Virus record (IMG/VR): IMGVR_UViG_3300030419_001484
Coordinates: 9,795-73,794 of that record
Strand: one strand, 5' to 3'
DNA length: 64,000 bases
Source: a virus
Shown: positions 9,040 through 18,610 of the stretch, piece by piece
How positions within the stretch are numbered: the stretch's first letter is position 1
How the letters are laid out: every line of letters begins with the position of its first letter
Program-made: the position numbers and the translations under genes
Notes under the pieces: generated by a model
Seen by the model: only the letters and a program-made list of their open reading frames with translations
Database searches by the model: none
Told to the model about the DNA's origin: nothing

Positions 9040-9423
9040 ATGTTTATAGAATTTAGAAATACCAATAAAAAAAGACAACGAACCATTGAGGATGCTCTTT
9101 GGTTCGCAAAGTCGTATCTGTTACCTAGACACAAGATTGATGAAATTGAGATTGAGTCTGTAAATGGTTTACATGCAGATGGTGATTGTTATGATGCAGA
9201 TGATAGATCATTCATCATAAGAGTGAATAAAGACTTATCAAAAGAAGATTTACTTACCACAATCTTTCATGAATTTGTTCATATTAAGCAATTTATCAAA
9301 AAAGAGTATGGTGATATATTTGCAATAAATAACGATGAGGTCGCATACTTAGACAGACCTTACGAAATAGAGGCGTTTAAATTAGAAAAGGAACTATTAG
9401 AGGAGTACAACAATGTTACTTGA
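9040..9423 (+). CDS. HExxH metallopeptidase-like protein
   Basis: TIFHEFVHIKQ...PYEIEA. Confidence 0.7.
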   Translation: MFIEFRNTNKKRQRTIEDALWFAKSYLLPRHKIDEIEIESVNGLHADGDCYDADDRSFIIRVNKDLSKEDLLTTIFHEFVHIKQFIKKEYGDIFAINNDEVAYLDRPYEIEAFKLEKELLEEYNNVT

Positions 9424-9856
9424 AACTGCATTTATGTGTCTTGCACTTAACACATATCATGAGGCTAAGAACCAATCAATGATAGGTCAAGTTGCAACTG
9501 CACAAGTGGTTATGAACAGAGTTAAAGATAGTCGATTTCCAAATACAATTTGTGAGGTCGTTAAACAAGGCCCACACAGACCATCTTGGGAAGACCCAAA
9601 CAAAGAATATCCTATTCGACACAAGTGCCAGTTTAGTTGGTACTGTGACGGCAAAAGTGATGAACCAAGAAGAAATAGTAAAGAATGGTTTAAAGCACAA
9701 GAGTATGCAAGAATAGTTTTATCTGGCAGAATAGTGCTTGATGTTACAGAGGGTGCTACACACTACCATGCAACTTATGTAAGACCAGCATGGGCAAAAA
9801 CAAAAACAAGAACGACTCGAATAGAGTCACATATATTTTATAGGTGGGAGAAGTAA
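9413..9856 (+). CDS. Cell wall hydrolase (SleB/Hydrolase_2 family)
   Basis: CLALNTYHEA, VVMNRV, CQFSWYCDG, GATHYHA. Confidence 0.9.
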   Translation: MLLETAFMCLALNTYHEAKNQSMIGQVATAQVVMNRVKDSRFPNTICEVVKQGPHRPSWEDPNKEYPIRHKCQFSWYCDGKSDEPRRNSKEWFKAQEYARIVLSGRIVLDVTEGATHYHATYVRPAWAKTKTRTTRIESHIFYRWEK

Positions 9857-10437
9857 TGGATAAAGTGATGCCTCTCTTTCATTGCGACTTATTCATAAAA
9901 GAAGATGTCGGTACTGATGAACAAAGAGAAGATTTAAAGAAACAAATACTTCAAGCGAAAGAAGATAACAGAGGTGGAGTAGGTGGTGGTAATCCAGGCT
10001 GTTGGAGATCAACTGCAACTTATAACATGGATTGGTTATATGAGTCAATGCGAGTATTATCAAACGAAGCAAACAAAATTTATTTTGAGGGTGATAGAGT
10101 ATTTAAATCACTACTTGACAACTGCAACAATAGAGACTATAATATATGGACAAACGTAAATGAAGTAGGTTCAAAGAATGTATTACATACACATACAACA
10201 GATGCATGGGCTGGTATCTACTATCTTCAAGCAGAGGGAACTGGAAATCTAGTGTTTACAAATCCAGCAAATCTATTATTACAGTGTAATACTAAATCAC
10301 CTTATACAAGAAAAACTGGTATTAAACCAAAAGATGGTATGTTAGTATTGTGGCCAGGTTGGGTGCCACATGAGGTTATGGAAAATAAATCTAACCAACA
10401 AAGAATAAACTTGGCATGGGGTATAAATTACAACTAA
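9856..10437 (+). CDS. 2OG-Fe(II) oxygenase-like protein (HxH)
   Basis: HTH...GIYYL...PGWVPHEV...RINLA. Confidence 0.8.
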   Translation: MDKVMPLFHCDLFIKEDVGTDEQREDLKKQILQAKEDNRGGVGGGNPGCWRSTATYNMDWLYESMRVLSNEANKIYFEGDRVFKSLLDNCNNRDYNIWTNVNEVGSKNVLHTHTTDAWAGIYYLQAEGTGNLVFTNPANLLLQCNTKSPYTRKTGIKPKDGMLVLWPGWVPHEVMENKSNQQRINLAWGINYN

Positions 10438-10994
10438 TGAATATATTTTATCTACACGAAGATCCAGAAATATCTGCAAAGATGCATTGTGATAAGCACG
10501 TTGTCAAAATGATAATCGAATATGCACAGATGTTATCCACTGCACATAGAATGTTAGATGGAAAACTGACAAAGAAACCAAGTAAGTCTGGTAAGACTAT
10601 GATTAAACATTATGATTTATTTGAGGGTGCAGATGACTTAGAAGCAGAATATACTTACTACAAGGCTGTTCATTATAATCACCCATGTAATATTTGGGTT
10701 AGAGAATCAAATGAAAATTATCACTATCTTTACAAAATGTTTTATCATTTATGTGAGGAATATCGACATAGGTATGGTAAATTTCATATGACAGATAATA
10801 AATTGAGATCTGCACTATGGACATTTCCTAGAAATATACCCCATAAACCCTTTTCACCACCCCCACAAGCGATGCCAGAGTACTGTAAAAGACCAGACGT
10901 AAAGGATGCATACAGAACATACTATATAAAAGAGAAGAAAAGTTTTGCAAAGTGGACTAAAAGACAAATTCCATATTGGTTCTGGGCTGCATGA
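10437..10994 (+). CDS. Pyrimidine-dimer DNA glycosylase-like protein
   Basis: MNIFYL...HCDKHVVKMIIEYAQMLSTAH, NHPC, PPQAMP. Confidence 0.75.
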   Translation: MNIFYLHEDPEISAKMHCDKHVVKMIIEYAQMLSTAHRMLDGKLTKKPSKSGKTMIKHYDLFEGADDLEAEYTYYKAVHYNHPCNIWVRESNENYHYLYKMFYHLCEEYRHRYGKFHMTDNKLRSALWTFPRNIPHKPFSPPPQAMPEYCKRPDVKDAYRTYYIKEKKSFAKWTKRQIPYWFWAA

Positions 10995-11001
10995 GGTAAA
11001 A

Positions 11002-11592
11002 ATGGATAGAGATTGGATAAAAATAGAAAATTTTCTCACTAGAGATATTGCTGATTTACTTTATGGTTATGTGTTACTTGCAGATCGAAGATTAAGAGTT
11101 TTAAAAGAGAATGATATAAATTCTTCATTACCTCATCTTGGAACTATTGGTGATAGTCAATCAGATTGTAATTTTAGTTGTTATGGGGATTTAATTTTTG
11201 ATACAGTCCTTTTGGGAAAGGTTACTGAACTACAAAATGTAACAGGACTAGGGCTGATACCACAGTACACATATTACAGATTATATTCAAATGGTTCTGA
11301 ACTAAAAAAACATAAGGACAGACCATCATGTGAAATATCTGGTACAATGTGTCTTGGTTATGAATCACATTACAACTGGCCAATATTTTTCACAGATAAA
11401 AATGGACAAGATATTTCAGTAGAATTAAATCCAGGCGACTTGGTAATGTATAAAGGAACTGAATTGACACACTGGAGAGAACCATTTGAAGGAACTAACC
11501 ACGCACAAGTTTTTCTTCACTACACGAATAAGGATGGACAATATAATGATTACAAATTTGATCATAGAATTGGATTGGGTGTGCAACTGTGA
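11002..11592 (+). CDS. 2OG-Fe(II) oxygenase-like protein (HxD)
   Basis: LKKHKDRPSCEIS...HWRE...QVFLHY. Confidence 0.75.
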   Translation: MDRDWIKIENFLTRDIADLLYGYVLLADRRLRVLKENDINSSLPHLGTIGDSQSDCNFSCYGDLIFDTVLLGKVTELQNVTGLGLIPQYTYYRLYSNGSELKKHKDRPSCEISGTMCLGYESHYNWPIFFTDKNGQDISVELNPGDLVMYKGTELTHWREPFEGTNHAQVFLHYTNKDGQYNDYKFDHRIGLGVQL

Positions 11593-12206
11593 GTAGTGAA
11601 TTAATACCATTTCACGCATTACCTATTTACAAAGAATCAACTGATTTTGTCTTGACAGATGAAGAGAGGTCTGTTATATTGGATGGTGAATTTCGTAAGG
11701 CACTATCTAAACAAGGTAATGCAATATCAAAAAGTGCAGAGGTATTAGATGATGAAAGATTAGTAAGACTCAAGACACACATACTTACTGTGTTCAATGA
11801 TTATATAACAAATCATTTACAAATAGAAAATCAATTTTATCTTACACAGAGTTGGACAGCAGTGAATCACAAAGGTGATGCACATCACTCACATATACAC
11901 CCCAATACAGTTTTTAGTTGTGTATATTATGTACAAGCAAATAGTGGTGATTTACAAATTAAGATGCCTGTCAGTAGAATACAAGAGGGATATAATTTAT
12001 CATATAAAGTAATACAACAGAATATTTTTAATGCAAGAACAATTAACTTATCAGTAAAAACTGGTGATGTAGTAATCTTTCCAGGCTGGTGTGAACATCA
12101 AGCATTACCTAATGAAGATGACTCACCAAGAATAATTTTAGGAACAAATTATTTTGTTACAGGTTCGTTTGGTGATTATGATAACAAAGATTTAATACAG
12201 ATATGA
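11589..12206 (+). CDS. 2OG-Fe(II) oxygenase-like protein (HxH)
   Basis: HIHPN...SCVYY...FPGWCEH...R. Confidence 0.8.
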   Translation: MSSELIPFHALPIYKESTDFVLTDEERSVILDGEFRKALSKQGNAISKSAEVLDDERLVRLKTHILTVFNDYITNHLQIENQFYLTQSWTAVNHKGDAHHSHIHPNTVFSCVYYVQANSGDLQIKMPVSRIQEGYNLSYKVIQQNIFNARTINLSVKTGDVVIFPGWCEHQALPNEDDSPRIILGTNYFVTGSFGDYDNKDLIQI

Positions 12207-12484
12207 GTGATGAAGAACCAGAGAGATATCACGAATGGATTTTATGGAAATTTAAACAGGAGAAAAAAATGTCTGAAGAACAATTACAACTTAATTTTTT
12301 TGATAGTCCTCATGGTGGTATATCATCATCTGATTCTATAATTAGACGAGAGATGTATGAGATGCAGAAACATATTCATGCATTACAGATTCGTGTTAAA
12401 GAACTCGCAGATGAAAACTATGAACTAAGAAAAAAAATTATACCTGATTTGTCAGACAAAATACCAGAGGTCACTGGAAAATAG
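12203..12484 (+). CDS. Hypothetical coiled-coil protein
   Basis: ORF in operon. Confidence 0.55.
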   Translation: MSDEEPERYHEWILWKFKQEKKMSEEQLQLNFFDSPHGGISSSDSIIRREMYEMQKHIHALQIRVKELADENYELRKKIIPDLSDKIPEVTGK

Positions 12485-12485
12485 A

Positions 12486-13058
12486 ATGAGTTCTAAATTA
12501 AATCTATTTTTCCCAATACCGATTATGCAAGATACGATTGAATCTGATCTTACAGATTATGTTCTTGATATGGTTGGTTCACAAGAAGGTGTTAAACTAT
12601 CAAACAGAGGTGGTTTTCAATCACAACACTTTTTTAAACCAGAGAAAGAGTTTCAAGAACTGTGGGAACAAATAGAGGTGAAATTAAATAAGTTTCATGA
12701 AGAAGTTGCACTCAAGGGTTATGTTCAAATAAATGAATGGTGGTTCAATGTTAATTATAAAGGGTGTATGAACAGACAACATCAACATCCAAATAGTATA
12801 CACTCTGGTGTATATTATATAAAAGCACCAGAAAATTGTGGTAATATATGTTTTCCAAACCCAAACCAAACTCTTATGTGGGGTTGGCCTAGTGGTATTA
12901 CAAAAACTTCTAACTCAACTAATTCTGAAATCGCAACTTTAAAACCAGTAAAAAACTTATTATATATATTTCCTAGTTGGACAAATCACTCAGTAGATGC
13001 AAACGAGTCAGATGAACCAAGAATAAGTTTATCATTTAACACAGGATTAATACAATAA
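12486..13058 (+). CDS. 2OG-Fe(II) oxygenase-like protein (HxH)
   Basis: HQHPN...SGVYY...FPSWTNHSV...RISLSFN. Confidence 0.85.
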   Translation: MSSKLNLFFPIPIMQDTIESDLTDYVLDMVGSQEGVKLSNRGGFQSQHFFKPEKEFQELWEQIEVKLNKFHEEVALKGYVQINEWWFNVNYKGCMNRQHQHPNSIHSGVYYIKAPENCGNICFPNPNQTLMWGWPSGITKTSNSTNSEIATLKPVKNLLYIFPSWTNHSVDANESDEPRISLSFNTGLIQ

Positions 13059-13402
13059 TGCCAACATACATACTAAGAAATAAAAAGACACATATAACAT
13101 ATGAAATATTCTGTAAGTATCCAGAATTACAAGAGATGTTAGAAAATGACCCAGATCTAGTTCAGATGTTAACTGCACCAGCAATAGTTGGTGACCATAT
13201 TGTTAAACAAGGTGATGGTAGAATGGATGGTGGTATGAAAGAAGTTTTTAGTCGTGTTGCAGAGGCTCACCCCAATAGTCCTCTTGCAGATAGGTTTGGT
13301 AGTGGTCAAACTTCTGCACAAAAGAAAGTGCAAGAGGTAGGAAAAAAACATGGTTTAGTTCGTAAGAGTGGTGGACAAAATATGAGTAAAGTTAAACTAT
13401 AG
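13058..13402 (+). CDS. Conserved T4-like hypothetical protein (MPTY N-terminus)
   Basis: MPTY start; position upstream of phoH. Confidence 0.65.
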   Translation: MPTYILRNKKTHITYEIFCKYPELQEMLENDPDLVQMLTAPAIVGDHIVKQGDGRMDGGMKEVFSRVAEAHPNSPLADRFGSGQTSAQKKVQEVGKKHGLVRKSGGQNMSKVKL

Positions 13403-13419
13403 ATAGATAATAAATACTA

Positions 13420-13481
13420 CTGTGCAGACTTCAATTTAATTGAGTGTGTACAGGGGGAAACCAGTTGGGTCGGTTTCCCCC
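13420..13481 (+). other. Tandem hairpins in phoH leader
   Basis: CTGTGCA...TGTACAG and GGGGGAAACC/GGTTTCCCCC. Confidence 0.6.
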
Positions 13482-13503
13482 ACTATAACGAAATGGAAAT
13501 ATT

Positions 13504-14205
13504 ATGGCAAAGAAAGATATTACAAATACAGACTTAGTAAAAATAGAACCAATCACAGACAATCAGAAATTAGTATTTGACTCTTATGCAAAAGGTCAAC
13601 ATCAATTTATGTTTGGTAGTGCTGGTACAGGAAAAACTTTTGTATCACTTTATCTCGCACTATCAGAAGTGTTAAGAGATGACACCAAGTTTGACAAAGT
13701 GGTTTTGGTTCGTTCACTTATACCAACAAGAGAGATAGGTTTTCTTCCAGGCGATGAAGAGGACAAGGCTGCACTTTATCAAGTACCATATCAGAACATG
13801 GTTAAGTTCATGTTTAAACAAGCAAATGAACAAGCGTTCTCCATGTTATATGATAGGTTAAAACAACAGGGCAGTTTCTATTTCCTATCAACATCATTCC
13901 TCAGAGGTTTGACATTTGATAACTCAATCATCATAGTAGATGAGTGTCAGAACTTAAACTTCCACGAACTTGATACCATAGTGACCAGAGTAGGTCAAGA
14001 CTCCAAGATAATGTTCTGTGGTGATTTCATGCAGAGTGATTTATCAAAACTATCTGAGAAAAATGGTCTACATGACTTCCTAAGAATACTTGAGGAGATG
14101 GAGGAATTTAACTGTGTAGAGTTTAATATAGGTGACATAGTACGTTCTGGTTTTGTAAGAAACTATCTGATACAGAAAACTAAGTTAGGTATCGGAGTAG
14201 AATAA
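13504..14205 (+). CDS. phoH: PhoH-like ATPase
   Basis: GSAGTGKT, GFLPG, LRGLTF, IVDECQN, GD, DIVRSG. Confidence 0.93.
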   Translation: MAKKDITNTDLVKIEPITDNQKLVFDSYAKGQHQFMFGSAGTGKTFVSLYLALSEVLRDDTKFDKVVLVRSLIPTREIGFLPGDEEDKAALYQVPYQNMVKFMFKQANEQAFSMLYDRLKQQGSFYFLSTSFLRGLTFDNSIIIVDECQNLNFHELDTIVTRVGQDSKIMFCGDFMQSDLSKLSEKNGLHDFLRILEEMEEFNCVEFNIGDIVRSGFVRNYLIQKTKLGIGVE

Positions 14206-14814
14206 TTGTTTAAAAGTGAATATTTCTCATCACCCATTTATCATGAGGATAAATCAGAATGGTTGAACAAATTAGATAACTTGTGTGACCCATATATCAA
14301 AACTGCTAGAAGTGAACATCAAATTCAAGACGAAGTTGGTGTGGTTTATCACTCCACTAATTTATACAAAGACCCAGAATTTAATTTTTTCCATGATTAT
14401 ATTTTAAATAAATCTCACTGGTTATTAGATGACATGGGTTATGATGTTAACCATTACAATCTTATCTTTACTGAAAGTTGGGTACAAGAGTTTTCTTTTA
14501 ATGGTTGTGGACATCATTGGTTTCATACTCACTCAAACAATCATGTATCTGGATTTTACTTTTTAAAATCTAGTCCAAAAACTTCTAAACCTATGTTTCA
14601 AGATCCCAGAGTTGCACATGCAGCTTTAAAAATAAAAGAAAAAGATGAGTCAACTATAACAAATTCTAATGACTTTATTCATTATCAAGCACCCAGAGGT
14701 ACATTTATATTTTTTCCAGCATACTTATCTCATTCATATAAAGTAGATCATGGGATAGAACCATTTAGATTTATTCATTTTAATTTAAGAGCAGTAGAAA
14801 GATATTTGAATTGA
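14206..14814 (+). CDS. 2OG-Fe(II) oxygenase-like protein (HxH)
   Basis: HTH...SGFYFL...FPAYLSH...RFIHFN. Confidence 0.8.
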   Translation: MFKSEYFSSPIYHEDKSEWLNKLDNLCDPYIKTARSEHQIQDEVGVVYHSTNLYKDPEFNFFHDYILNKSHWLLDDMGYDVNHYNLIFTESWVQEFSFNGCGHHWFHTHSNNHVSGFYFLKSSPKTSKPMFQDPRVAHAALKIKEKDESTITNSNDFIHYQAPRGTFIFFPAYLSHSYKVDHGIEPFRFIHFNLRAVERYLN

Positions 14815-15413
14815 TAGGAGTTCGTGCAGTTTTTCAAATACCAATGGCTCATTATGAGAATAAAGAACTTACAAATATTTTGAGTGGGTATATTCTATCA
14901 AAAGAAACAAAGGGTATAGAGTCTGAAGTTGCAACTGGTATTAAACATAATCTAGTTGAATCAAAATTTGATTTTCTTTATGGTAATGCACTTATTGTTA
15001 AAGATACTAAAGAATGGATTGATAAATGTTTGAAAGAAACAATCAATACAATTCAAATGGAGGATATAGATTATGATATCACTTATAATGAAAGTTGGTA
15101 TCATGTAACAAAAACTAATGGTATGCACGAACCACATATACACCCAAGTTGTAGTTGGTGTGGTATATATTATTTGAAGGCTGGGAATGATGATAGTGGA
15201 CATACAGTGTTTGAAAATCCAACAAAATCTACATATATAGATCGTGGAAATTTATTCCTAAATAATATGAGTACAATAAGAATAAAACCACAAGATGGAT
15301 TATTAGTTTTGTTTCCATCTTATTTAAGTCACTATCAGGCTTTATACAAGGGAACTGAAGATAGAATAGTAGTAGCATTTAATGCTAGTATAGACAAATT
15401 AGGAGATAACTAA
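14811..15413 (+). CDS. 2OG-Fe(II) oxygenase-like protein (HxH)
   Basis: HIHP...CGIYY...FPSYLSH...RIVVAFN. Confidence 0.8.
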   Translation: MIGVRAVFQIPMAHYENKELTNILSGYILSKETKGIESEVATGIKHNLVESKFDFLYGNALIVKDTKEWIDKCLKETINTIQMEDIDYDITYNESWYHVTKTNGMHEPHIHPSCSWCGIYYLKAGNDDSGHTVFENPTKSTYIDRGNLFLNNMSTIRIKPQDGLLVLFPSYLSHYQALYKGTEDRIVVAFNASIDKLGDN

Positions 15414-15934
15414 TGGAAAAAAATTACCAACAATGTTTAGAGATGATATTACATCACGAAGGTGGATATGTGAATCATCCAGAAGATCCAGGCGGCGCCA
15501 CAAATCTAGGCGTAACTTTACGAGTTTACCAAGAATGGATTGGTAGAAAAGTAACTACAGATATGATGGAACGATTACAAGTATCTGATGTTGCACCCAT
15601 CTATAAAAAGAATTACTGGAATCGTATAAAGGGTGACCAACTACCATCTGGTCTTGACCTTTGTGTTTTTGATTTTGGAGTGAACGCTGGAACTGGAAGA
15701 GCTGCAAAGTATCTACAAAAAATGGTCGGTGCAACAGCAGATGGTGCGATAGGCCCTGCAACTTTGGCTGCAGTAAATACATATGTGCAACAAGAGGGTC
15801 ACAAAGGTGCGATTGAAAAGTATCAAAAAGACCGACTTGCATACTACAAAAAACTGAAACATTTTAAAACATTTGGAAAGGGTTGGACTCGCAGAAACAA
15901 AGAAACCACTGCAGCTGCAAAGAAGATGATATAA
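15413..15934 (+). CDS. Endolysin, glycoside hydrolase family 108 with peptidoglycan-binding domain
   Basis: HEGGYVNHPEDPGGATNLGVT; DGAIGPAT; FGKGWTRR. Confidence 0.9.
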   Translation: MEKNYQQCLEMILHHEGGYVNHPEDPGGATNLGVTLRVYQEWIGRKVTTDMMERLQVSDVAPIYKKNYWNRIKGDQLPSGLDLCVFDFGVNAGTGRAAKYLQKMVGATADGAIGPATLAAVNTYVQQEGHKGAIEKYQKDRLAYYKKLKHFKTFGKGWTRRNKETTAAAKKMI

Positions 15935-15937
15935 TGA

Positions 15938-16396
15938 ATGTTTCATAATGTTTTGACTAATGATCATGTTAATGAATTAATTGAGATAGGACAATTTGAG
16001 GTAAAGTATTTTAGGTGTAATAATGTATGGGGTCATCAATCCTTTGCAGACATGAATAAAAAATATGCACACATTAAAAGTGTAAGTGACTTAGTAACTA
16101 TATTAGAGAGTTTATATAGAATTACATTTAACAAACATTGTGAGGTAATAAAATTATGGTTTAATATTGTGAAACAAGATAGGGAGGGTTACGATTGGCA
16201 CACTCACTCTAATACGACAGCGATATATTATTTATTCAATACAGAAAATTCTGGGACTTTGATAGATAATGAAAAAGTTTATCAAGTAGATAGTATTGAC
16301 AATTCTTTATTGTTTTTACAACCTAATATTAAACATAAAACACCAGATTGGAAAGGAAAAGATCGCATAACAATTGCGATAAATTTTAATGATTGA
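15938..16396 (+). CDS. 2OG-Fe(II) oxygenase-like protein (HxH)
   Basis: WHTH...AIYY...H...RITIAIN. Confidence 0.65.
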   Translation: MFHNVLTNDHVNELIEIGQFEVKYFRCNNVWGHQSFADMNKKYAHIKSVSDLVTILESLYRITFNKHCEVIKLWFNIVKQDREGYDWHTHSNTTAIYYLFNTENSGTLIDNEKVYQVDSIDNSLLFLQPNIKHKTPDWKGKDRITIAINFND

Positions 16397-16398
16397 TT

Positions 16399-17061
16399 AT
16401 GAAAAAATTTATACACAAAACTATACATCTTGAAGACCTAAATACCAAAACCATAGATAAAAAAAGGTTCTATGAAACTCCAGAGGGTGAACTGTATCCG
16501 TCTATTACTACAGTTCTATCCGTAAGGAATAAAAAAGGATTATTTGAATGGCGTAAACGAGTTGGTGATGATGTTGCAAATTATGTTGCAAGAACAGCTG
16601 CAAATCGTGGAACTGCCGTTCATCATATGTGTGAGGACTATTTAAACAATGACTTTGATGAAGAAAAACACAAAAAGAAATTTCTCCCCTACTGCCTTTT
16701 CAACCAGTTACGAAAAGAAACTTTGGACAATGTTGACAATATTCATGCTCAAGAGTGTGGGTTATATTCGGACAAATACAAAGTCGCAGGGCGAGTAGAT
16801 TGTATCGCAGAATATAATGGTGAACTTTCCATCATTGATTTCAAGACTTCTTCTAAAGAACGAAGTGATGAGTGGAATGAAAACTATTACATACAAGCAT
16901 CTGCATACGCAGAGATGTTTGAAGAGCGAACTGGAAAACCGATTGAACAAGTCGTTATTCTGGTTGTTACTGAAGATGGAGTAGTACAAGAGTTTATTAA
17001 AAAGAAACATGATTACCTACCCATGTTAGAGAATGTTATAGAGGAGTTTAATGGAGTATAA
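16399..17061 (+). CDS. PD-(D/E)XK exonuclease
   Basis: YPSITTVL, RGTAVH, AGRVDCI, IDFKTS, YYIQASAY. Confidence 0.85.
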   Translation: MKKFIHKTIHLEDLNTKTIDKKRFYETPEGELYPSITTVLSVRNKKGLFEWRKRVGDDVANYVARTAANRGTAVHHMCEDYLNNDFDEEKHKKKFLPYCLFNQLRKETLDNVDNIHAQECGLYSDKYKVAGRVDCIAEYNGELSIIDFKTSSKERSDEWNENYYIQASAYAEMFEERTGKPIEQVVILVVTEDGVVQEFIKKKHDYLPMLENVIEEFNGV

Positions 17062-17659
17062 CTTAGATGATTTTATAGGTGTATTTGATGGAGCATTCGA
17101 TAAAGAATATTGTGATAGTTTAATTGATAAGTTTGAGTTTTTATCAAAAATGGGTAAAACTAAAAGTAGGGCAGAGTTTTCTGGTAACCCCCAATTAATT
17201 TTAGACAACAATATATATTTTGCAATGTCTGACATGACAGATACACAAACAATGGGGTCTAACTTTACTTGGCTTCAAGAATTTAATATAAAAATGTGGG
17301 AGTGTTATAATATATACACAAAAAAATATGGGACATTAAATAGTGTACAAAGACATCAACTTAACCCAGATGTAAAAATACAAAAAACGAAACCTAGTGA
17401 GGGTTATCATGTTTGGCATTGTGAGAATGGAAATTTAAGTGATGCATCAAGATTAATACTTGTCATGTTGTATTTAAATGATATTGAAGAGGGTGGAGAA
17501 ACAGAATTTTTATATCAAAGTAGAAGAGTGCAACCAAAAATGGGAAGATTAGTTTTTTGTCCAACATCTTTTACACATACACATAGAGGAAACCCACCAC
17601 TCAAAGGAGACAAATATATGTTAAATGGTTGGTTACAATACTATCATGAGATATCATAA
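17051..17659 (+). CDS. 2OG-Fe(II) oxygenase (prolyl-4-hydroxylase-like)
   Basis: YHVWHCE, YLND, GGETEF, HRG, KY. Confidence 0.85.
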   Translation: MEYNLDDFIGVFDGAFDKEYCDSLIDKFEFLSKMGKTKSRAEFSGNPQLILDNNIYFAMSDMTDTQTMGSNFTWLQEFNIKMWECYNIYTKKYGTLNSVQRHQLNPDVKIQKTKPSEGYHVWHCENGNLSDASRLILVMLYLNDIEEGGETEFLYQSRRVQPKMGRLVFCPTSFTHTHRGNPPLKGDKYMLNGWLQYYHEIS

Positions 17660-17913
17660 TGTTAGATAAATTTTTTATAATAGTTACAATGGTCACTGTA
17701 AATCCAGAGTTAGGAACTGATCTATATGCATTTAAAAAACCATATGATACAAAAGAAGTTTGTGTAAAAAATTTAGAGTTAAATTATAATAAATACTTTA
17801 CAGCCGCATATAATAATTATAAAGGAAAACTAAGTCCAGATAAAGCATATTGTATATCTGGTGAACTATTAAAACAAGTATTCGAAGGTAACATAACAAG
17901 TAACGATATATGA
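17659..17913 (+). CDS. Small exported two-Cys protein
   Basis: Hydrophobic N-terminus, YDTKEVC...AYC. Confidence 0.55.
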   Translation: MLDKFFIIVTMVTVNPELGTDLYAFKKPYDTKEVCVKNLELNYNKYFTAAYNNYKGKLSPDKAYCISGELLKQVFEGNITSNDI

Positions 17914-18221
17914 TAACATTAACTGAAAACGCAAAAGAATATCTAACAGATATGGTATCCAAGTCAGATGATACATATGCAAGATTATCTGTCAAGGGTG
18001 GTGGTTGTGCTGGTTTCGAATACAAGTGGGAAACTACAGACACAACCGAAAAAGGAACACTCATAGATGATGTCTTGGTGTTAGATACTATGGCTGAGAT
18101 GTTTCTACTTGGTTGCACTGTGGACTACATAAAAGAATTTGGTGGTTCTTACTTAACAGTTAAGAATCCTAACGCACACTCCTCATGTGGGTGTGGAACA
18201 AGTTTCTCAATTAAGACTTGA
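17910..18221 (+). CDS. iscA: A-type Fe-S cluster carrier (IscA/HesB family)
   Basis: GGGCAGFEY and SSCGCGTSF. Confidence 0.9.
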   Translation: MITLTENAKEYLTDMVSKSDDTYARLSVKGGGCAGFEYKWETTDTTEKGTLIDDVLVLDTMAEMFLLGCTVDYIKEFGGSYLTVKNPNAHSSCGCGTSFSIKT

Positions 18222-18248
18222 CAAACGGAACGAATCATGTTATAAATA
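18218..18248 (+). promoter_or_regulatory. tmRNA promoter: sigma70-type with CGAATCA box, overlapping a late promoter
   Basis: TTGACA-N7-CGAATCA-N3-TATAAATA. Confidence 0.8.
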
Positions 18249-18319
18249 TAGTATAGTTCGTTGATACGGATTGAAAGATGGACAGGACTTGGGTGCGATA
18301 CCCAACACCTCCACCAAAC

Positions 18320-18434
18320 ACTCGTCCAGTACAACGCCTTTGTAGTCGTAATGCACATGGTAAATTACTCACGGCAGATCGAACACGAATGGTAAGACAT
18401 TTTAGGATTTATCTGGTGTGGCGACCAGACGAGT
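18320..18434 (+). ncRNA. Putative structured RNA inside the tmRNA intervening segment
   Basis: Closing ACTCGT/ACGAGT, four internal stems, complementary loops CGCC/GGCG. Confidence 0.55.
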
Positions 18435-18456
18435 ACCTCGCTAAAAGGAGATTAAT

Positions 18457-18525
18457 ATGATTTTAGATAATACAATAATGGGGGGTCAAGACGATGAAGA
18501 ACCCTCTAGTGCAAACAATAAGTAA
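18457..18525 (+). CDS. 22-aa ORF in tmRNA intervening segment
   Basis: AAGGAG RBS; MILDNTIMGGQDDEEPSSANNK. Confidence 0.35.
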   Translation: MILDNTIMGGQDDEEPSSANNK

Positions 18526-18610
18526 GTGGATGTTTAGAGCCTACATTGCATGGAGCATATGTGCAGACATCATAGTGATAGGTGGTATCATATACCTAAT
18601 CTTTTTTTAG
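18494..18610 (+). CDS. 38-aa membrane peptide in tmRNA intervening segment
   Basis: MKNPLVQTISKWMFRAYIAWSICADIIVIGGIIYLIFF; stop abuts tmRNA G1. Confidence 0.55.
   Translation: MKNPLVQTISKWMFRAYIAWSICADIIVIGGIIYLIFF

Noticed and set aside
16399-17061. Cas4-like nuclease suggesting a CRISPR system
   Set aside because: No Cys cluster, no other cas genes and no repeat-spacer array seen in the window.
18278-18460. 60-aa ORF in the ORF track
   Set aside because: Overlaps the tmRNA T-arm/CCA and the structured spacer RNA; no RBS.
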